64,000 bases of DNA from Vitrella brassicaformis CCMP3155 (taxonomy: Eukaryota; Protista; Chromerida). Below, piece after piece: positions 25,440-38,720 of this stretch. The notes under the pieces were generated by a model that was given only the letters and a program-made list of their open reading frames with translations, was not told where the DNA came from and made no database searches. The position numbers and the translations under genes were made by a program. Within the stretch, counting starts at the first letter, position 1; each line of letters starts with the position of its first letter. The stretch is from the NCBI GenBank assembly GCA_001179505.1, contig CDMY01000206.1, positions 103,344-167,343 of the forward strand. The letters are read 5' to 3'.

Positions 25440-28180
25440 ATGGCCGCCCTCCCCCTCACCCGCATCATCTGCACCCCGGCGTCCCATCGCACGTCCCTCC
25501 GGCTCCCCTCCTCCCTCCCTGTGTTGCGCACATCCGTCCACACCCAATCTACGCAAATCCCGTGGCCTCGAATGCCCGACTCGGCTTCGCCAACTCCCTC
25601 CCTTGCCGCCGCAGACGGCAGCAGGTGCGCTGTTGCGGCCGACGGGAACTGGCGGCACGGGGGAGTCTGTCGGAGAGGGGAGTGATGTGGGTGACGAGGT
25701 GGCGGGGGAGGGCAGTGTGGAGGAGGTGGTAGAGTCTCTCAGGACACAAATAGAAGAGGTAAGATGACTGCACCACAGCTCGCCACCACAGACATCGCAT
25801 GTTGTCTTTTCTCCTGTCACTGCAGATTAGTTGGGCTGGGCGAGTTCTGCGGGATGAGCACTCGCGAGTCCTCACGTCGGAGTGCGAAATGCCCATTCAA
25901 GCACACAACAATGAACACGCTGGCCAGGTGCCTGCCTACACTCAAAGCACCACACATACAGACATAGCTGCACACATACATCCTTTCCTCTCCTTGCCAT
26001 TTCTGTGTCCAGGAGGATGTCGGCGGCTCTGCAGTGGAGCGTCTTCGTCAGGCAGCCGAGAAGGTGAAGGCTGCAGAGGCGTCGCTGTTGAGTGCGGCCA
26101 ACACCTTGTGCAAGGTCAAACTCAGCAGCAGACAGCCACTGCCCGAGCCACCGGTGCGCACACACCACTGCACACAAAAGACCATGCAGCGAATCCCACA
26201 CCTTCACCTGTCGCTTCTCTGCATGTGTGTGTGCGTGTGTGTGTGTGTGTGTGTGCAGGCGGCAGATCGTGTGTACGGTAACGTGGACGCCCGCGACCAC
26301 CTGCTGACCATGCACTCGTTCTGGCAGCTCGCCAAGGCCGCCGCCCCCCACTGCGACCACATAGTCTTCGACTTCAGGTGCCGCGACGAGTGGGAGTCGG
26401 TGCCCCCCGCCGCCGCTTTCGAGATCGGCAAGCGTGCCGTGAACCTCAAGACCGTGGTGGTGCGGCACCCCTGGCACTCCCCTCACTGGTGGATCGGCGG
26501 CTGTTCGTCATTCATCGAGGGGCACTCGCGCGGCGTGGAGGAGAGGAGGAGGAAGACCGGGCAGGGTGGGGGAATCGAAGAACTCGTCTTCGAGTCCATC
26601 CCCTCCGAGGGCGCCGACATGCCCCGAACGGTCCCCCACATGCCGCTCCCTCCCATCCCCCTCCTCCCATCCTTCAGTTTCCCGGCACTCAAGTCCATCA
26701 AGGGCGCCAAACGGGACCACCGTCACCTGTTCGACAGTCGGCGGTGGCGCATGCCGGCTCTCGAGCGGTTCGAGGGGCGTGTGGGGTCGTTTGGGGCGTT
26801 CTGCGGCACGTCCGATCGGCTGCAGTCCTTAGATGTTGGCGGCACTTGTGTTGGCGATGTAGCTGGTGTGATCGAGGGATTCTCAGGCGAGGGGTCCTCC
26901 AAGCTCGAGCAATTGCGGCACATCCGCGGCCTCGGTTTGGGGGGCCGACACGGCCTCGGTTACGAGGTTTGGAGGCTCAGTACATTTGGGGGCCGAGACG
27001 CGGACGCAGAAAGCTTAACGTGGGACGCAGAAAGCATCGACAGACTTCGGGTGAGGCGCAAAGAGCACAAAAGAGAGATATCCGACACATTATGTCGTTG
27101 TCTGTGTCTTAACGGTGTCTTTGTAGGATGCGCTCACGTCGCGGGGATGCTCGAAGCAGCATCTTGACTTCGTTGACCAAGGCGAAGACCTCAAACTGCC
27201 CACCCTCCAGGCCATCGACAGATTCCTACCTGCTGCAGTCCTCCCATTCGACCTTCCCCCGGCCGAGCTGTCGGTCAGCTTTTCCGACGGCTTCCCCGTA
27301 TTCGACGTTTCGCTGCTGCATCGCATCCCCGCCCCCTCCCCCCTGATGAAGGCCATGGTGCGGCAGCTCGCCTCGCTCGCCCGCGGAGTCCACTGGATAC
27401 CGGACGTGGCCTTCATCGAGCACCCGACCGCCCTCTCATGCGAGAGCATTCGATTCAACAAGGCCAGGTGGCTGTACATCCGCCCTGCTGGCCAGACATC
27501 CGCCGCCGGCCCATCCATCCCTGACCCAGGTGTGTGGTCGGTCATCGACCAGATCGCTCCATCGGCTTTCCCGTCGCTCCACTCGCTGAATGTGAGCGGT
27601 CCGTTCGGCTGTGCGGCGGCCACCCGGCTGGTGACGGCGGGCAAGGTCCGCATGGTGGCAGGGTCTGGCGTGTTGGCGGGTGACGTGGAGGGGTCGGAGG
27701 CCCTTGACCTGATGAGGGCGATGGGCAGCGGGACAGTGCTCGGAACGGTGGAGATAGCGGGCGTGAGGGATGTTTCATACAGCTATCTGTACCCGTGGGG
27801 GAATGTGGGCGGGCTGGATGAGTGGGCGCGGGCGAGCGCCCGTGACGAGCTGCCCAAGACCAAGTCTTTGAACCTCACCCTTGGCGGCCGTAAGCAAACG
27901 AGACAGATGCAACTCGTCCATCCGAAATGAATTAAGATGTCTCTGTCTCCCTTTGTGTGCATATTCACTGCTTGCAGAGGCCATTGAGTTGGAGCAGATG
28001 GACACGATGCTGCGGCAGTTTCTGACGTCGACGAGCAGTGTACTGATCGAGGTGTACATGCGAGACGGGGGGGAGTTCCTGGCCGCCGTCACGAGGCTCA
28101 GAGCCATGACTCTGGCTGACGGCGAATGGACCACCATTCCCCACTTATCGCTGGTCAAGGTTTCTGGCCGCCGGACGTAA
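25440..28180 (+). CDS. Lineage-specific coiled-coil + F-box-like + LRR-like protein
   Basis: Coiled coil VERLRQAAEKVKAAEASLLSAA; exon AADRVYGNVDARDHLL...FPALKSIKG...WRMPALERF; further LRR-like FPSLHSLNV and LPKTKSLNL. Same family as 1980-5024. Start uncertain. Confidence 0.6.
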
Positions 28181-29440
28181 GTGAGGAGGGGAGGGGGATC
28201 GCCTGCACACTTGAAGGGTGGATGTCGTTGGGTGTCTGTCTGTCTGTCTGTTTATCGTGGCCGTCAGGTAGCTGCTGCTGTTGACGCACACAAGAGTGAG
28301 TGCATCTGTCTACTCATCGATGTGTGTGAATGGGTGTGGGTATGAGCGAAAGACTCAGCTAGGGGTTGAACCAATGCATGTGTAGAGAGAGTCCACAATG
28401 TGCGATGTGCTCGTACGATCGGACAGTGTGCAATCTATCGATGGAGGTTGACGGTTGTCATCTCATGGTGTCCACACACGCCTCATGCACATGCAAATTC
28501 CATCTCACGAAGTCCAGAATTCAATCTCAAAGGGGAAAAAGGCACTGACACGACACGAGGCAACGAGGCAACGAGGCAGGTAGCCAGGCAATCAATCACG
28601 ACAGCCAGCCTTGACAGTCACACAGCCCTGTCTGTCTCTGCCTGTGTGTCACAAGTCAACCAACCCGGACCAAGGGGAAATGTGCACCCAACCGGTCTGT
28701 GCTGTGGGCCAACACAGACCAGGCTGGGCGAGCCGCAAAAGGGAGAGACAGAAGCAGAGAGCTGGCCTCTCTCATCCATCCATCCATTCAGAAAGGAGGA
28801 GTTAGTGAGCCTTTGCACCCTGGCTGCACGTGTGCACATGAGGGTAGGAAAACGAATTAAGGGTCGGGATGTGGTGTGGTGCCGCGCTAAAAGTCAAAGC
28901 GCACACACCCCGACACACAGTTAGTCTACACGCCAGGAGTCAAAAGGGTGGCAAGAGGGTCAGAACCAATCGAGTGGCCGCGCCGCGTACGGATAAATCG
29001 ACAGACAAACAGGAGACCATACTGTATATGTGTGTGTGGGACGGGACGTCAGTCGATATGCACACAGGCAGGCAAGTCGAGTACAGGCAGCCAAGCGGAC
29101 GGACAGCCAACCAGCCAGCCAGACGAGCCCAATCAGCATCGCCTTACATATCACAATATTGGCCATCGACAGTCTCACACAATATACACCATCACCATCA
29201 CAAAAAACCGTCGCGGATTGCATTCACCAGTCTGGCTGTCATATCTTGCCGACAATGTGACACCGCCCAAGTCCATCCATCCATCCATTACACACAGTCG
29301 CCCCGCGGCACAGGAGCATCACTCATGAGTCATGCTCCTGTGCCGCGAGGCGACCGTGTGTAATGGATGGATGGATGGATGGAGGGTGTCTGGCGATTCG
29401 TCTCGACACTTGGGGCAGGCATGCTCAACAGACGGAGCGG

Positions 29441-29552
29441 CCCCTCCCTCCTCCTTCGCTTACCCCATCATGCCCCTCCTCCCCCTCTGTATGACAGCTC
29501 ATACGAAGGGGGAGGAGGGGCATGATGAGGTAGGCGAAGGAGGAGGGAGGGG
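29441..29552. repeat. 112-nt near-perfect hairpin (54-bp arms, 4-nt loop)
   Basis: 29441-29494 vs reverse complement of 29499-29552: 50/54 identical, all mismatches C/T transitions. Confidence 0.95.
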
Positions 29553-29727
29553 TTTCGACACCCCCAGTCACATCACACAGAGCTGACACGCGAGAGGACC
29601 AGTCCCAACAAATCATCCATCCATCCCCTCATCCCTCATTTCATCCAGCCATCACAATCACCGATCATCCCTCGCCCCCTGCATCATCGACGGGCAGGCA
29701 GCCAGGCAGGCAAGACGGCACATCTAA

Positions 29728-32640
29728 TCATCCAAGACATCCATTCCATTCAGAGCCCCCCTCCCCTACCCCCACCCGGCGGTCTCCTCCCGCCGAGGCA
29801 CTCGGGACTAGCAGGACAGCACCAGCACCACCGAGGGGGGAACCTGCCGCCCTCTGCAGCCACCACTTCAGCCAGCACGTCAAAAATCGATTCACCATGA
29901 TCGTCAGCGGCAGTAAGAGCCCGCTCAGCGCGAGCAGGTTGGGCGCCTCGATGAGAAGCGCCCCCCGCTGTCGTGTCACATACAGCCAGTCCCGCACGCG
30001 TCCCTCCAAAGCCAGCAGAAGCCATGTGGAATTGGAGCCGCATGTGTGGAAGTGGCTATATGTGGCACGACAGCGTGGAAATTGCATTGTTTCGTCGGCC
30101 TAACGCTGGTGCTGCTGGTGCTGCTGGTGCTGCTGCTGGTTCTGCTGGTGCTGATGGGGGTGGGTTGGGGTAGTTTCCAGTGGGGAGTGGCTGTGCCGGG
30201 ACGGCCGCTGCGCTGCATGAGGGAAAACATCATAACCACACACACAGGAAGACACACACACACACACACGAGCACACACATACACACGGGCAGAGAGGTG
30301 TGTGTGTGCTCCTGTGTGTGTTCTTTTCAATGGCCTCTCTTGTCCTGTCTGCTGGTGCGAACTCACCAGGGTGCTGTGGGTTCTATTGGTGCTGCTTACT
30401 GGTGGGACACGTCTGCGATCTCGCCAACACGCAATCAATAAGATATGCACTGACTGCAATGCCGCACACACATCCAAACACACAGACGGATGTGAGACAT
30501 GTGGTGGTTTGCCGTCTGAGATCCCCTCGCTGATCTGACTGCCGCAAGCAGCCCAACCGTGCACGCAGCCCTCACCTATGTGTTCATCACAGACTCGCGA
30601 CGACCCACCAATGCCGCTGGGCAGCGGCGCTGTTTAAGCTGTTGTCACACGACTTGTCCTTGAACGATCGAATGCTTAAGCAGCTTCTCGTGAGTGCCCG
30701 ACTGGCCGGCAAAGCTCAAAGCGCGTTGAGGAGAAACCATACTGAATGAACAAACCACGCACCCAGAGAAATAGACAGAAAGGTGTGATCAGCTACGCGT
30801 CTGAGTATGCGTGCAGGTTCGCCCGCCGATGCTCTCACCTGGTGCAGGCGGCCCGGGGTCCTGGGTGGTTGTGACGTTGTGGGGTGGGGGAGGGCTGTAG
30901 GTTGAAACTCTTGTGCATAGCGACCACGACCTGAACGAATAACCATGGACAAAAAGAGGGGCAACACCGTGACGGTGCTCGTTTCCTGTCAGTGTGTGTG
31001 TGTGGCTTGGTGCTCCTGTTCATCACCTCTTCCAGCAGCAGCAGCAGCAGCAGAAGCAGCAAGGGGAGCAGCAGGAGCCATAGACACGCCACGGCAGGCC
31101 ACGTCCGGCCTGGCCCGACTCCTGAAAGGGATATCCGTTAATGTGGGGCGTGGTGTGTTGTTCCTTGTGTCTGTCTGCCTGCTGGGCTTCATGTGTGGGT
31201 GCATACCGTGAGCTGCTGCACATTCCTCGTGACGACGGTGAGGGCCTCCTGACAAACAGCCAGCACAGGCACAGAGGGACAGACACATGGGCTGACTACG
31301 TGTGTTTGTCGCTGTACAAATCAATCACTGTGTCCGCCTGTGCCTTCCCACCTCCGCCTCGTCGATGGCTTCGTTGAGCGTAACGCCGTGGTCGAGTTCC
31401 AAGTGCCGCTCAACGTCATGGTCATACAACTACATGGTGACTGAGCGTTATGGTGACCAGCACGCCACGCAGCCGATTCACCATGACGTTCAGCGGCAGT
31501 AAGAGCCCGCTCAGCGTGGGCAGGTTGCCCGCCATCGATAAGGAGCGCCCCCCGCTGTCGTGTCACCCGCAGTCAGGTCCGAACGCGTTCCTCCGAACCA
31601 GCAGCTCCAGCATCAGGCCGACGTCGCGATGTTCGATCTGCCGCATTTTGTCAGCCTGCCACAATTCCGGGTGCGGGAATTGTGGCAGAGTCACAAAGGG
31701 AGGCAGGTGTCACATTGCGAGGTCGGTCGTCCGGCTGCGGGGGGCGGGCCCATTGTGCAGATGTGCGTTGGGGCTGATGGGGTAGTTGGGAAGAGACAGT
31801 GGCGGGCCGGGTGCTGCAAGAGGAAAAGCTTCAAAACCACACACACAGGGAAACACACGGAAGCAGTCTTTGTGTGTGTTCTTTTCAAGGGCCTCTCCTG
31901 GCCTGTCTGCTGATGTGCGAACCCACCGTGCTGGTGATAGTGGTGTTGGTGCGGTACGACGTAGTGTTGGTGCCGCTTACTGGTGGGACACGTCTGCGAT
32001 CGCCAACACTGACTGCAATGCCGCAGACACATCCAAACACACAGACGGATGTGAGACATGTGGTGGTTTGTCGTCTGAGATCCCCTCGCTGATCTGACTG
32101 CCGCAAGCAGCCCAACCGTGCACGCAGCCGCTCACCTACGCATCACAGACTCGCGACGACCCACCAATGCCGCTATGCAGCGGCGCTGTTTAAGCTGTTG
32201 TCACACGCCTTGTCCTTGAACGAAAGAATGCTTAAACAGCTTCTCGTGAGTGCCCGACTGGCCGGCAAAGCTCAAAGCGCGCGGTGAGGAGAAACCACAC
32301 TGAATGAACAAACCACGCACACAGAGAGAGAGACAGAAAGGTGTGATCAGGTGCGCCTCTGAGTATGCGTACAGGTTCGCCCGCCGATGCTCACACCTGG
32401 TGCAGGCGGCCCGGGGTCCGGGGTGGTTGTGACGTTGTGGGGTGGGGGAGGGCTGTAGGTTGAAACTCTCGTGCATAGCGCCACCTGCATGAGGGACATC
32501 GAAACCACGCACACACACACACACGAAGAGAGAGAGAGAGAGAGAGAGATGTGCCCCCTATTGCTTGCGTCCGTTTGCGTGTGTGTTCATTTCGGTGGCC
32601 TCTTTCGTCCTGTCTGCTGGTGTGTGAACCCACCGTCCTG
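29728..32640 (-). pseudogene. Tandem (~1.58 kb period) degenerate gene copies
   Basis: 29890-30925 is similar to 31477-32485, with a third partial copy at 32575-32640. Splice sites are conserved. Copy B has a frameshift and stops relative to copy A (GALLIEAPNLLALSGLLLPL). Confidence 0.6.
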
Positions 32641-33062
32641 GTGTTGGTAGGGATGTTGGCTGTAGTGCTGGTGTTGCTGTGCTTGGTGGTAGTTGTGCGG
32701 TGCTCCGTAGTGCTGGTTCTGCTTCTACGCCATGGTGAGAAGGACGGAGATCAGCAGCTGATCAACCAACAGCACTATGGAGAGCTGATGTACTGTTGGC
32801 GTGTGGCGCCGTGTGCTTGTCTTGCTGTCCTTGCTGATGTTGCTGGTGCAGCCCGGTGGGGATGAGGTTCTTCCAACACTGCCCTCAGAGCCTTCAACGC
32901 TGCCGATCTCGCTGGTTGGATTGCCACAGATCGCGGGCGGCAGATCTCACTGGCTGGCTGGTGCGCCGACCCCCTTCCTCGCCCGCGAGATAAACCCTAC
33001 GGTGGTCATAGCGGTGTACTAGTCCCTACGCCCGGCGCCTGCCTTTCGGAGAAGAAGCCGCC

Positions 33063-33941
33063 ATGGCGACGTATCAACGCCCTCCCAGCATCTTCATCGA
33101 GGCCATGAGTGCCGAGAAATGGCCGCAGGGCGCGGCGCGAAGGGGCCAGAGGCTGACCCAGCTGAGGCAGCGTAAGGGACAGACAATAACCATGATGCAG
33201 CGAGCACACAGGCAGACAGGCAGACAGGCAGACAGGCAGACAGACAGACGGGGCGAATGGGACGGCGAGACGAACGATTCTCTTGTTGTGTGTCCTCTTC
33301 TTTGCGATGGCGGACTGCAGCGCTGGCAGGGCTCAGCCAGCGGGGGCTGGAGCGGCAGCTAATGCGCCTCATCGAATTCGTGTGGTACTTAAAATGTACG
33401 CCGACAGAACTGAATCGTCAATCGCCCACACAATGTCCTCCTCAATGCACCGCTCGCAGCGTTGCACCGGGATGTCCAGCAGGCCAAAGACGTGGCCTCT
33501 TACAAACACGACCAGGAGCGCAAGCGCCGGGTCAGCCCCCACATACACACAAGTCATGCGACTGCCAGCTGAGCTGCATGTCTGTGTGTTTCTGTTTGGG
33601 TACTTTTTCTCTTGTGCAGCTCGCGGCCGAGCAGGAGGTGCAGCGGCTGAGTGCCGAGCTGGAGGAGCTGCGCGCCAAGCAGCAGCAGCAGCAGCAGCAG
33701 GTAGGCATGGCTGCACCATGTCTGCAGGGCAGGAGGGATCGGCAGGCACTTACTGTGATTGATGCAGTCATTCGGTGTCTGTGTGGCTGTCTGTGTGTTG
33801 TCGTCAGGCCGCTCAGGCCCCCCCAGCCGCCCCTGTCGAGCAGCACAGCGCCGCCGCCCTCCCTCCCCTCCCTCCCCACCACGCACACCCCCGCCCCGTC
33901 CCCACCGTCGCTCCCCTCCCTCCTCACCGCCACCCACTGCC
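33063..33941 (+). CDS. Hypothetical coiled-coil/Pro-rich protein, copy 1 (truncated by gap)
   Basis: MATYQRPPSIFIEA...RLTQLRQ; LAGLSQRGLERQLMRLIE; QLAAEQEVQRLSAELEELRAKQQQ; homologous to 43335-45188. Confidence 0.55.
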
Positions 33942-34241
33942 NNNNNNNNNNNNNNNNNNNNNNNNNNNNNNNNNNNNNNNNNNNNNNNNNNNNNNNNNNN
34001 NNNNNNNNNNNNNNNNNNNNNNNNNNNNNNNNNNNNNNNNNNNNNNNNNNNNNNNNNNNNNNNNNNNNNNNNNNNNNNNNNNNNNNNNNNNNNNNNNNNN
34101 NNNNNNNNNNNNNNNNNNNNNNNNNNNNNNNNNNNNNNNNNNNNNNNNNNNNNNNNNNNNNNNNNNNNNNNNNNNNNNNNNNNNNNNNNNNNNNNNNNNN
34201 NNNNNNNNNNNNNNNNNNNNNNNNNNNNNNNNNNNNNNNNN
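33942..34241. other. Assembly gap (300 N) followed by poly-G
   Basis: Run of N. Confidence 0.99.
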
Positions 34242-34300
34242 GGGGGGGGGGGGGGGGGGGGGGGGTGCATGTCTGTGAGGGATGTGTGTGTAAGGCGGAC

Positions 34301-36166
34301 ATGGAGCAGAAGTCGACTGCTGCTGGTGGTGGTGGTGGTGGCGGGGGTGATGCTGATGAGGGTAGCGGCCATCCGACAGGATGGAGAAGCTATGCAAGTG
34401 GGATTATTCAGCTGGCCGAGGATGCCATTTCAGTTGCTCGAGGAGCTGGCTTGGAGGACCTCAAGGCGGTGGAGGTGGCCTTTCGCACGCGCCGCCGTGC
34501 AGTCCATGGCAGGGCTAGTGGAACTGCTGAGTGGGGCCACGTTTGTGTCGATGAAGGACGCAGCGACAGCATGGAACGGCATCCAGGCGGCCTTCCGGCT
34601 TGTCGCGGACGATCTACACAGCCACCTCAAGCAGTGCGAAGGCCACCTGACGCTCCTGTGCAGGAACTTACGGCCAGTGCAGCAGCCCCCCTACCAGTCG
34701 GTGCGTGGATACGTCCTGGAGGGGCTCATCCTGTGCCCCATCCGGGAGTGGCTGCATCATCCGGACGACGAGAGCGATATGATGGTGGAGGACGACAAGC
34801 CAGCAAGGGACGGTATGCTGTCACACGTCCAGGCGGCTCTCAGGCGCGCGACGAATGAGGCACGGAGGAAGGGGAGCACCCCAATCGGTGGAGATGCAAG
34901 TGGCATTGGAGTGATGACGCCGGGCGCCACCACCCTCCTCGCCACCCTCGGCAGCTGCCACGCACTCAGGTACCTGAGTGGGGCGGGGCACAGTGTGCAG
35001 TGCATTGAGGGGAAGAGGCGCACATGACCATTGCGTGGTGTGGTAGGTGGTGCAATCGTTCTGTTGAGGCCGTTCTCTTGAGGAGCATCCTCGACACGAG
35101 TGGCGAGAGATACACGTCGTCCACATTGCACCATCACTAGGGAGCACCGCCACTTCATGCTCTTTACGGCGATCCACCTACTCGCCACGCTCTACATGCT
35201 CACCAGCCGCATCGTCGCCATTAGCCGCAACAAGACAGCAGACACAATGCGGCACCATGGCATACAAATCCTCGACGCCATCTCTGTCCTCATCTCCCAC
35301 GCGAGCAGACTACTCCACGGCTTCCGGGATGATCCGCCCTTCCCAGACGACGCCGGTCGCCCCGGCCTGTCCCTCTCTCATACCATCGCGGCGTTGGTGC
35401 AGGGCCACGCAGCGGCATTGGAGCTGAAGTTCACCCTCGACAGCCACACAGGCAGCCACCAACCACACTTGACGCGGCAGCTGTTTTCGGCTGGCTTTCG
35501 GGCAATGGCGTTTGCCCTCCGAGGCCTCAACCACCTTGCTGCCGACCACACGGCTCAGCCACAGGGGATGATGCAGAAGCTGTGGCCGAGGAGGCAAGAC
35601 AAGCCGAAAAGGATGAGCCTTTTACAACCGGTGAGAGGGATCTTCCCGCCCTCTCGGCGGTGGTTGCGATATGTTATGGCGACGGCCCCCATATCGAGCG
35701 CCGATGCCGTGCACCGACACCTGTCGGCCGTCACACGACTCAACTGCAAATGTCCACCATTTTGGGTGAGTGAAGGAGCCGTGACTGACACATACAGGTC
35801 AGACATTCAGCTTTGGCAGACAGTGTGTCTGTTTCTGGTGCGTGCAGCTTCACCGTGAGAAGGAGAGGCCCCCGTCCCCATCAATGTACTCATGGCCACG
35901 GTCGAAGCCCTCATGCCCTCCGTCCTCGACACAGATGACCTGCCACTGCTGAAGCCCATCACAGCCGTATTCACAGGGCACTCGCCCGCCCCAGCAGAAG
36001 AGACCACCGCAGCACTCGCCGCCATCACTAAGATCAGCAACAAGATGAAGGAGGCCACAAACCACACACGACGGGGCGCTGAGGCGATTTGCCCTCCCCA
36101 TTGTCGCAATTCTAGCTCGGCTGGTCCACCGAGCGAGGGACGCTGCGACGGCCGACCCGTCCGTTG
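34301..36166 (+). CDS. Hypothetical alpha-helical protein
   Basis: Long open coding-like exons (SMAGLVELLSG...LGSCHALR; EHRHFMLFTAIHLL...; MATVEALMPSVLD). Exon joins uncertain. Confidence 0.45.
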
Positions 36167-36869
36167 ATGCCGCCTCCTGGCGAGGGGTCCTGTGGGTCTT
36201 GGCTGGCGTGTGGCGTGTGGCCAACGCTGCCGGCAGCTACGGTGCGCGGGCGGCTGCGTCACTGGAGTGGGGCGGCAGACGATCAGGAGCCTGACGAGGA
36301 GTGGCAGGGCGACAAGGAGGCTGCGGGCCGCAAGCGCCCAGGCCCAAGCACCTCAGGGACACCACTGGCAGTGCTGTGGGGGGCCCCGACGCAGCCGTAC
36401 CACTCTAGCCAAGCCGGCGTGAGCACCGCTACGGCCGGGTGCAATCGCCGTGTGCTCGCGAAAGCTCCACTGATGCGAGCGACGACCGGCAGAGCGGCGG
36501 ACAGACGGACGGTAGCGGCAGTAAGGACGAGGGGGCTGTGCATCCCTGGCCTCGTCAATGGGCGGTCCGGCGACGGTGGTGCCAACGGCGAGATGCGCAC
36601 TCCAATGGCATTTGTCCAGCGGTGAGATCTGACGATTAGGAGGGGAGGGTCTGCCCTTTCCCTGCTGACGATTGTTTCTCCGTGTTTGTGTGTTTGTGGA
36701 ACTACCAACAGGGCTCCAGCTGAGTTGCCGCCCGATGACTGCAAAGAGTCGACACCGAAAATCAAATGGAAGGACCCGCTGATAGGGGTACGTCAGGCAG
36801 ACTCAGGCAGACTCAGACAAAGGGGAATGATGACACACATACACGTGGTTCCTGTGTCATGTTTGTGGG

Positions 36870-38660
36870 CCAGGTTCACGAGTACCCTGCCGGGTAGGAC
36901 TGCTACGACCGGCACGACAGTCTGGAGAAGGAGCTCTTCGAGCAGGCCCTGCCGCTCGACATGATCGATGGCATGCCGCCCACCAACTCACCCAGACGCA
37001 TCAGCCCACGGTGCGGCACACACACACACACACACACATACACACACACACACGGGCCATGCACAGACCTATCATATGCGTGTATGTGTGTGGATGGGTG
37101 TCAGCAGTCACGCCGAGAAGGACAAGGAGGGATTCGCGCTGCGCCGCAACAGCTCGTCGTCCCTCTCAACCACCACTCCCGCCAAGCTCCCAAGAGACAG
37201 CACCAACACACAAGAGGAAGGCGGCCAACAGGCAGACCACGGTGACGCAGACGAGGCCGACGCGACGAGGAGGACACGGACTCATCGGAGGACTCGACCG
37301 ACCGCAGCAAAATCATCTCCATCCTCTCCCGCACCCGCAACTCCATCCAGCTTTCCCCCCCGCTCAGACGCATCTGCCTCAGCGCCCCACGGGCCCTCCA
37401 CCCCGTCTCGCCGACACTCAAAGCGCGTCAGCGGCAGGGCAGCGGCAGGGGCAACTGTCTGTGATGGGGTTTGGTGCGTTTGTCGAGGACGAGACGTCAC
37501 CCACAGGCCGGCGGTCGGGGCCTCATGACAGCGACGGCAATGGCGAGGCGAGAGGTCCTCAGATTCCTCCAGGACGGCACTCACTGCCAGATCGACGCTC
37601 AGCTGCAAGAAATCAAAGGGTCAGCGACACGCCTACACCCACACCCACAATACACAACACACACACGTCACGGCTTTGTCACACTGATTGACGCAATCAG
37701 GCTCTGGGGGCTCCAAGAAAAGACCCTGAAGGACCTGATGAAGATCAAGTCGTCCATGCAGGACAGGACTCGGCGGTTCAATGCATCGTCCAGGCCACCT
37801 TCGACCAGTTCGGCAACGAGGCGCCCCAGCTCTTGGGCGCATCCCTCTCCCCCTCCTGGCCCAGCCAGCAGCCACCCAAGCCGGAGCGCCTCTCACCCCG
37901 ACACCACCCCCAATCAGCCGTCGGCAAAGACAAAGGCAAGGACACGAGCATCCTCTTCCCCCCTCTTGGCAGTGAGACCCCTCACACGCCCATCGGCACC
38001 CGCCCCCAGTGGCCGGCGTTGCGCTTAGCTCTGGGGTTGGGGTGGGCAGATGGGCCCCACGAGGGACGTGACGTCAAGGTGGAGAAATCGGAGAAAGCGG
38101 CTCCCGTGTTGGTCAAGGAGGCCGTGCAGGAACGAGAGGCGGTGGTCGTTGGCAAGGCCAAGGAAAAGAAGGAGCAGAAGGCAGAGCCGCCCGTCAAGAA
38201 AGAGGAGCTCACACAACAGAAGGAGGAGGCACCCAAGAAGACCGAGACAGAGACGGAGACACCGGCGGTGGTGGAACAGCAACAGCACAGCAGGTGCAAG
38301 TCCAGCAGGTCCAGCAGATCCAGCAGGTCCAGCAGCAGCAGGAGGTGCAGGGAGAGGCAGTGACAGTGGTGCCCCTGACGCCTCCGACGGCGGTCAAGAC
38401 CACTGCTGGCGGCAAAAAGGTCCGTGAGCCCGACGCGGAGGCATCCATCCCCAGCCGCTGAAAGACCTCCCCAGCCCTTCCCAAGATGCCCTCGCCCCCA
38501 GCACTCGAGGCTCGCGCCTTGACCGCCTACAGGCCCATTCCCAAGCAGGTGCCACGTGGCGGTGTGCTGATGGTGTTGCTGCCGTGAAGAAGGAGGGCGT
38601 GTTGAATCGTGCTGCGAGGGAGCAGGAGGGCAAGAAGCCCATAGATTCGTTAATTGACGA
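36870..38660 (+). pseudogene. Low-complexity (K/E/Q/P-rich) gene with several apparent frameshifts
   Basis: Coding-like runs switch frame without introns, e.g. ...VEQQQH then -1 to QQVQVQQVQQIQQ..., and ...PSR* then shifted KTSPALPK. Confidence 0.45.
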
Positions 38661-38720
38661 CACCCCAATGCTACCCCCTTTTTCAAGGTGACGTCAGCGT
38701 GGTTTTTCCCCGTGAGTGCG

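Noticed and set aside
30080-32860. GCTGGT/GGTGCT-type short repeats resembling a spaced array
   Set aside because: Low-complexity T/S/Q-coding stretches of the degenerate genes; no constant repeat with unique spacers, so not CRISPR-like.
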